Origin: Octopus bimaculoides
Lineage: Eukaryota
Length of the DNA: 60,634 bases
Assembly (NCBI RefSeq): GCF_001194135.2
Contig: NC_068983.1
Location: 26,478,058 to 26,538,691 of the forward strand
Direction: 5' to 3'
This document shows, piece after piece, positions 53,889 to 60,634 of the stretch. The notes below the pieces were generated by a model that had not been told where the DNA came from, searched no databases, and was given only the letters and a program-made list of their open reading frames with translations. Numbering within the stretch: position 1 is the stretch's first letter; every line of letters starts with the position of its first letter. Made by a program: the position numbers and the translations under genes.

Positions 53889-54865
53889 AAGTTGATGGAG
53901 CACAAAATTATTGTTTATTAACAGAATATAGATTTTACAAGACATGGAAATTTTAACTGTACTTTATTGGACTACGTCGTTAAATATGTAATTCCTTAAG
54001 GGAAACTTTTCATATTTACCCAATTAAAATTTATTTTAATAGCAAGGGTTAACTTGATTTAATTTCTTATTATTCCTTATTGTCATTTCAGCTATTTTCA
54101 AACATTTAATTCTTCGTACGATCTAACATGTAGAATAAATTAATTTGAAAGTAGTTCTGTTCTAGATAATATAACACCTATGTAGTGTCGGTTATTCTCT
54201 CATGAGGAAAACAAAACTTTCCTATTAGAGTAGCTTCTTCCATATGAATCTCCATTGAAACATTTAATATTACTAAGGTTAGCTTTCCAAAATATAATTT
54301 CGTATTTAATACAATCCAACTTCTGAAAATACTATATTTCTTTCTGAATCTAAAAACTTGTCAGCTAGCATACAAGTCAAGCTCAATGAAATATCTTTAA
54401 ACAAATATTTCTTATTGTAATGGTATTATCAGTCAGAATATGACTGAGGCACATTCGCACCGGTGAACAAGCTATTCACTGCGTTTTGTCACGGAAAATA
54501 TATTCCGTTTGTTGACAAATGTTGTATATAGACCTATATCAGCTCACATCGCCGCCTACACAGACCGTGAAATGCCAGCATTTCAGAGTTTTTATCTCCT
54601 CTTCGGTCTCGGACAACAGGCTGGAGGCGCTGCGAGCAGATTGAAAAGACTGATTCTCTTATGCTTTTCCAGTTGCCATAATATTTCTTAATAGTTTTTG
54701 GAGATTTCGAATGTATTGACATTTTAAATCTTGTTAGATTCAGGAAATCGCATATTATGTACATGCATACATATACATACATATGTAGATACGTAGATCT
54801 GAAAATACATGGCTTTATATGTGTTTGTGTGTGTGTTTATGTGTGTGTGTGCGACTGTGTATATG

Positions 54866-54902
<37 letters not shown>

Positions 54903-55979
54903 TGGTTGTCTACTCCTTACACATAATTTGACCACCTCCAGCACCTACACCTTAGCGTCTGATGTGACTTTCTAAACCAGACAATGTTTTGAAAAAACAC
55001 CCACACAGATTGCACCTCTGATTTGTATTACCAATACCTGCAGGTAAGTTCTGCTCATTGGAAGCATAGGTGTTTCCGATTTTGTGTGTGTGTGTGTGCT
55101 TGTGTACTTGTGTGCAAATCGTAAGATCTTCGTTTCACTGCTTCTATATTAACTTCTCATTACATGAAACATAGCGTAACTTGGATGACTTTTCTCACAA
55201 GTGGTATCTCGAAATTCAGTAAATGAGATATTTTCGAAGTTTTATTTAAACAGCGTTAAGATCGCAATTTCATTGACAGCTATATTCCACAGTACTCCAT
55301 CCTGCGAGGCAGTTAGTTGAAACACATATGAATAAGTAAATGACAAAAACAAAAAAAAAATGAAAATGAATAGTGACATTGCAGAGAAAAAGGATTTTAA
55401 TTTAAGTCAAACTCCAAAACCCTTTTGAATTAAATCCAGAATCTTTTCAAAGATATTGATGGCATACACATACGAAATGAAATATTAAGCAGACTATTAT
55501 TTCCCGATTAAGAAATGTGAATATATATTATTATACGAAAGTCACTGATATAGTAATTAAAGTACTTGATAAGCAATTGATAGAGCAATTACGCCGGCGA
55601 AATACCACATACTGTATATAAACAGAGAAATGTAGTTTATAAAAAAATCATATATGGTTATCGTTCTTTTGAAGACTGTGAATCAGTGTAAGTGATACAT
55701 CTGCTCGTTCTAACATTGAAGTCAATGTTACTAGGAATAATCTTATTTTAAGACACAATCATTCACTACTTCTCCAAAATAAAAATCATAGAACTGTGAA
55801 CTACAAGATTCAATCGTTGTAAATATTTGTGACTATATTCAAGTACAAACATATGTTTAAATATAGATATACGTGTGTGTGTGTGTATTTATGTATATCT
55901 ATGTAGAAATACGTGTAAATTGCCATGCCAGATAAAATCCTGATACAACAAATGAAAATACATGCAGTCAGCTTTGCAA

Positions 55980-57185
55980 TATGAACAGCACAACATCATT
56001 TAGCGAGTGGGAATTTTATAAATATTGCAATATCCGTTGCGCACCAAAATGTGGTGGAATTGAAAGCCTCTGGCAGGACAGCATCTAATTTTTCAAGTAT
56101 TTCAAGTAGGAAATATAACATTGTGAATGGTAGAACGCTATGAGGACACAGCAATTCATTTGCCGATTTCGAAACACTATTTATGTTGATCACGGGAAAA
56201 ATAAATGAGTGTCACCACCCAAAATCTTCGAGCACGGTAGTAAACTATAAGAACTGTGGTGTACGAGGACATTCGATCGAAATTGTATGTACTAACGAGA
56301 AGCCACTTGCTGTTTTCAATGACACAGGCAAACCATCCGTGGCAAGCAGTTACTTAAGGATAAAAATCATGAAGAAAAGAGCATGCTTTGATTTTTCTGG
56401 CATGGAAAAAAAAAATGTTATGACAAAAAATCTAACAAAATAATACTTTCTACTGTAGACACAAGGCCTGAAATTTAAGGGCAGAGGGACTGTAAATTAC
56501 ATCGACTCCAGAACTCAACTTGTACTTATTTTATCGACCCAGAAAGAATGAAATAAAATGTCGTCCTTGGCGGAATTTGAACTCAGAACATAAAGACAAA
56601 CAAAATACCGCTATGCATTTCGCCCTGAGTGCTAACACTTGTGTCAGATCGCAGCCTAAAAATATAATAAAGACAATGACAGATGGTTTATTGCAGAAAT
56701 TTCCGATGTACGCAGAATAAGGACAGGTAATGTTTCAACCACTTGGGTTGGTTTTGTTGAAGTGCATAACGAATATGTGTTACCTGACATCCTTCAACAG
56801 AACCTTACATCTGCTATACATAGGCACGTTGAGTTTGTGCAGATAGCTGTTAAGAGCTCGATGAATAAAGAACACATTGAAACGCCAACCCTATTTCAAC
56901 AAAATTCCGCACCTCCTCACAATCTGCAGATAAACCAAGAATAAATATCAGACGTTATGTAGGATAATGAAACATCGAACGTAGTACCAGTAAACTCACC
57001 AGATCTCATAGACTACTAGTTTGGAGATTTTTTTTTGAACAAGAGATTAATCAATATCCTCAGAATGACATAGCTTGCTTGTAACGTCCCAAACGAATAA
57101 GAACCATTTAGTGCAGGCATCTAAATGACTCGGCTTCAATATTGCAACGATTTTTGTAAACAAATGTGAATTCATAAAACAATCT
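55980..57185 (+). mobile_element. Highly degenerate Tc1/mariner element interrupted by a SINE
   Basis: C-terminal part FQQNSAPPH...PVNSPDLIDY (56894-57020) is clear; the HTH-like and FSDEK-like (FSGMEK) N-terminal part upstream of the SINE is weaker; boundaries approximate. Confidence 0.55.
56446..56657 (-). mobile_element. tRNA-derived SINE, near full length, tail type B
   Basis: ctttctactgtagacacaaggcctgaaattt...gtacttattttatcgacccagaaagaatgaa...ggcggaatttgaactcagaac. Confidence 0.85.
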
Positions 57186-57190
57186 TCTAA

Positions 57191-57390
57191 GTAGATGTAG
57201 GAGTTTTTAAATCAAAGTTGGACCTCTTCCTATCGAGAGTCCCAGATGAAACTACCTCGCGGCAGGAGGTGCAAATGAGGGTTGCTAAATCAAACTCCAT
57301 TCTTCACCAAGCAAGAGGCTCCCTGTAATAACAGTGTAGCAACACGGTGCTGCATCAGCATGGCCGCAGCTCTAAGCTGAAACTTTAAAA
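57191..57390 (+). mobile_element. 3' end of a CR1-like LINE with its 3' UTR tail
   Basis: VDVGVFKSKLDLFLSRVPDE...SNSILHQ matches the CR1 ORF2 terminus (FKxxLDxFL..VPD); followed by cagcatggccgcagctctaagctgaaac and an A-rich end. Confidence 0.7.
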
Positions 57391-60300
57391 AATAAATAAA
57401 TAAATGTATGTATATATACATATATGTATGTGTGTGTCTTTCTCTGCATTTACGTATGTATGTGCATATATGCATGTATACAGCTATATGTATATCTCTG
57501 TAGATATATCGCTCTCTATATATACGTATTTACGTTTCTATATATGTATGTGAGTGTCCATGCATATATGTATATATATTGCGCAATGATCTTTACAAAG
57601 GCTTTGTGACAGGTAAAAATTTATGTCACATTGAATCCCCGTATGCTTGAGTGTATGTCAATATAAATTCACATTTAGATTATTCTTAAAGTTTGAATGG
57701 CGATTTGAATGCTAATGCATTTACGTTAAAGACTGAAAGCGGGAAATTATTTTTCCATGTAAATAGTAGGCCACAAATTAAAGTTTAAATACATGCACAT
57801 ATTAGATAACATATATTTTCCAAAGTTAACATACACAGCAATGAGTTTTGTTTTTCTATCTCTCGTGCTATGCACACATAACCACGTACAATATGGGATG
57901 AATTAAGAATGCATATTGTCCATATTAGAAATAAATCAATGTGTCTGCTCAAAAAAGCTGTTTTGCTCTGAATTTATCGTAGATAACAAGAACAAAAATC
58001 TGGCGTGTTACTTTTTATAACAAGAATAAAAATTATTAAATGCTTCACGCTCATAAATACAAACACACACACATATACGTATACACACACACACCCACCC
58101 ACACACACACACACACACTTATATATATATATATATATATATATACACTCACAGATATGTATTTATGCATGTGTATCTATTTGTATGTGAACGTTTTGTG
58201 AGTGTGTTTATGTTTATGTGTGTTTGTGAGTACGTGTGTGCCAACGCATCAGTGTGAAGCTGCATAGACCTTCACTTCTCTCTATTTTTCTCATAGCCGC
58301 TGAAATTATCCGGACTTTATTTAGTAAATAAACTTTTAACCGACATCAATAAACCTTTAGTACATTTTTTTTTAATACGATTTTGTTTTTATTGTATATC
58401 AAATGTTTGTTTACACTTTTGAAATTATTACTTTGTAAAGAAACAAATGCTATGATATAGCTATTGAGGTTTTCCTGTATTTGTTTTTCTTTTACTGTTT
58501 TGATTTAATGTTATTCAGCAGATTGAACATATATGTGTATGCGCATGTATGTGATATAATTAAATGGATCTTTATAAAATTGATTGATTTACGTAAGCAA
58601 ATATGAAACACCATTGATTGTAATATTATTTGATTATTTATACTGGACTGCGCAATATTCAGAACTATACTGATATGCAACAAAACCAGCAATGAATATA
58701 ACAAGATTTCAAAGGAGAAAAACAGTTATTCTGTTTTCTTGCTTTTGTTGAACATGCTTTAAAAAATGGAGCTAGAAAAATTACTATCGCAATACTGTAC
58801 AAATATTCTTATATATATATATATATATATATATGTTTGTATGTTAGTATGTATGTATGTATACATATATATATACATATATGTATATATGTTTGCGCAT
58901 ATGCATATATGTATGTATNNNNNNNNNNNNNNNNNNNNNNNNNNNNNNNNNNNNNNNNNNNNNNNNNNNNNNNNTATATATTAATGTATATATACATATA
59001 CATTCATACATGTGAACCCAACCGTATGTAGGCATATATGTAATTATAATGGTATACTCTAACACGTACGCATACAATATGTTTACTATTAAAAAGCACA
59101 TAACTTTGTATGCATGATTCAGTAGCTATGATGCTGTGAACATATTTACATATTAGAAAAAACTATATTATGTATTCAAAATTTTATCTTTGTTTACAAA
59201 CTATATAATTCAGTAAGTGCTTTATTTTCCACTCTCTACACACATGCGCGTATGGGTATGAACAGAGAAATCCTAATGATATATCTGTCAAGAACACTGT
59301 TACTATGGTTGTATGAAAAAAAAATCAGTTTAAAATTTAGATTTCTGCCCTTTATTATTTATTGATACATACTTTCTATAGCTCTCGTCCGCACGGAAAT
59401 GTTATAATTTATATTGCCGCGTATTTTCTAACCTTTCACTCATCATTTTTCACAATTTCTCTTTCTCACATCCCCTATGCATCTCTCGTTTTTCCTTTCT
59501 TTAAGAGCTTACGTTTGAAATATTAAAACACTGTACCTTTACATGAAAATGTTAAGCTAATTCTTTCTATGTCAAAGCTTTATCTTTTTGTATGTTCGTT
59601 TAACTTTTATTGTATTTACCACACACGAGTACAAAACTACATATACATGCAAATGAACACGAGCTACAAGCTCACACACTCGTATATATAAATACATTGA
59701 CATATTGGTGTATACATACATTAATTATATTTCTGATATCTATGCATGTACATGTAGAAATATGTGTATCTGTGAACGAGTTTGTGTGCACGCGTTCTCT
59801 ATAAATATAGAACAAATTTGAGCCTAGATTTATTCGTAGATTAAAAAGTATTGTTTAATTACCAAAAGAAGCACCTATAGAGATGCGAGTGAAGAAATTA
59901 ATAGAAATACAAAAAGAGAAATTACGTGAAAATTATTGAATATGCTATCATCACTGAAAACAGATTGGAGAGGGAAGGCATTCACCAGATAATTTGAGCT
60001 ACACAGAGTGAAGAAAATTTGAAAGGTTCTACCGCTAAATAAGTTAAACGATTCACTATGTTGCGATTAGTAGTTTGTATTCTTAAAAATGTAGCCGAAG
60101 AGAGTTATACTTTAATGCTTTGTTGGGGATATGGGTTATTAACCATAGCGATTTTGCACCGCAGGAGGCATTTAGGTTTCGTCAACTTAGGTTTTCTTAT
60201 CTGATGTATAATACTTTAATATACACAAACCTATGTATTCATTTTCAATACGTTCTGGTAAAGTAGTATTAAGAGTAAACAATTTGTTTGGAAGTGCACG

Positions 60301-60580
60301 AAAAGAATATGTAACAACAGTTTTCCAGGACAGTCTTAGAGAAAGGCACATCCGTGTCAAATTATGAATGTACATGTATGTCACAGAATTAACTACTAAG
60401 TGCATAAATGTAAACTGAGATCATTAATGTGTAATCAGGTATTCCCGCCACGTTTATAGAGAATATTGGAGAAAAAAAAAAGAAATACTTAATCAATGAA
60501 ATATAAGCAGTATATGGATTTGCACGTTTTGTTCATTGCATTTGTCCACGTTACTTATCAGGATGGATATGTATATATAC

Positions 60581-60581
<1 letters not shown>

Positions 60582-60634
<53 letters not shown>
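60582..60634. repeat. (GT)n microsatellite running off the window end
   Basis: Direct reading. Confidence 0.95.

Noticed and set aside
60140-60350. Possible CR1 3' fragment on the minus strand (SFRALPNKLF)
   Set aside because: Similarity is too weak to call without a profile search.

Overview
AT-rich, repeat-dense animal genomic DNA with about 16 sized N-gaps, nearly all abutting microsatellites. The tRNA-derived SINE families and the extreme (AT)n/(GT)n/(GATA)n density point to an octopus or other coleoid cephalopod draft assembly (inference from recalled repeat families, not a search). I found no intact protein-coding gene, rRNA, tRNA gene or CRISPR array. Almost all ORF-track entries are artefacts of gaps or simple repeats. 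The interpretable content is mostly decayed mobile DNA: a ~2.6 kb CR1/L2-like LINE and smaller LINE fragments, a full-length (1.6 kb) but dead Tc1 element with paired direct repeats at each end, three other Tc1/mariner relics, a Tigger/pogo fragment, MITEs, and about a dozen SINE copies or fragments. The most notable structure is a degenerate Penelope-like retroelement on the minus strand (RT, Cys linker, GIY-YIG-like region). Two direct repeats upstream of it on the same strand each contain a recognisable, mutated minimal type I hammerhead ribozyme fold. One possible host terminal exon (29792-29923) sits in a repeat-poor region but is unconfirmed.
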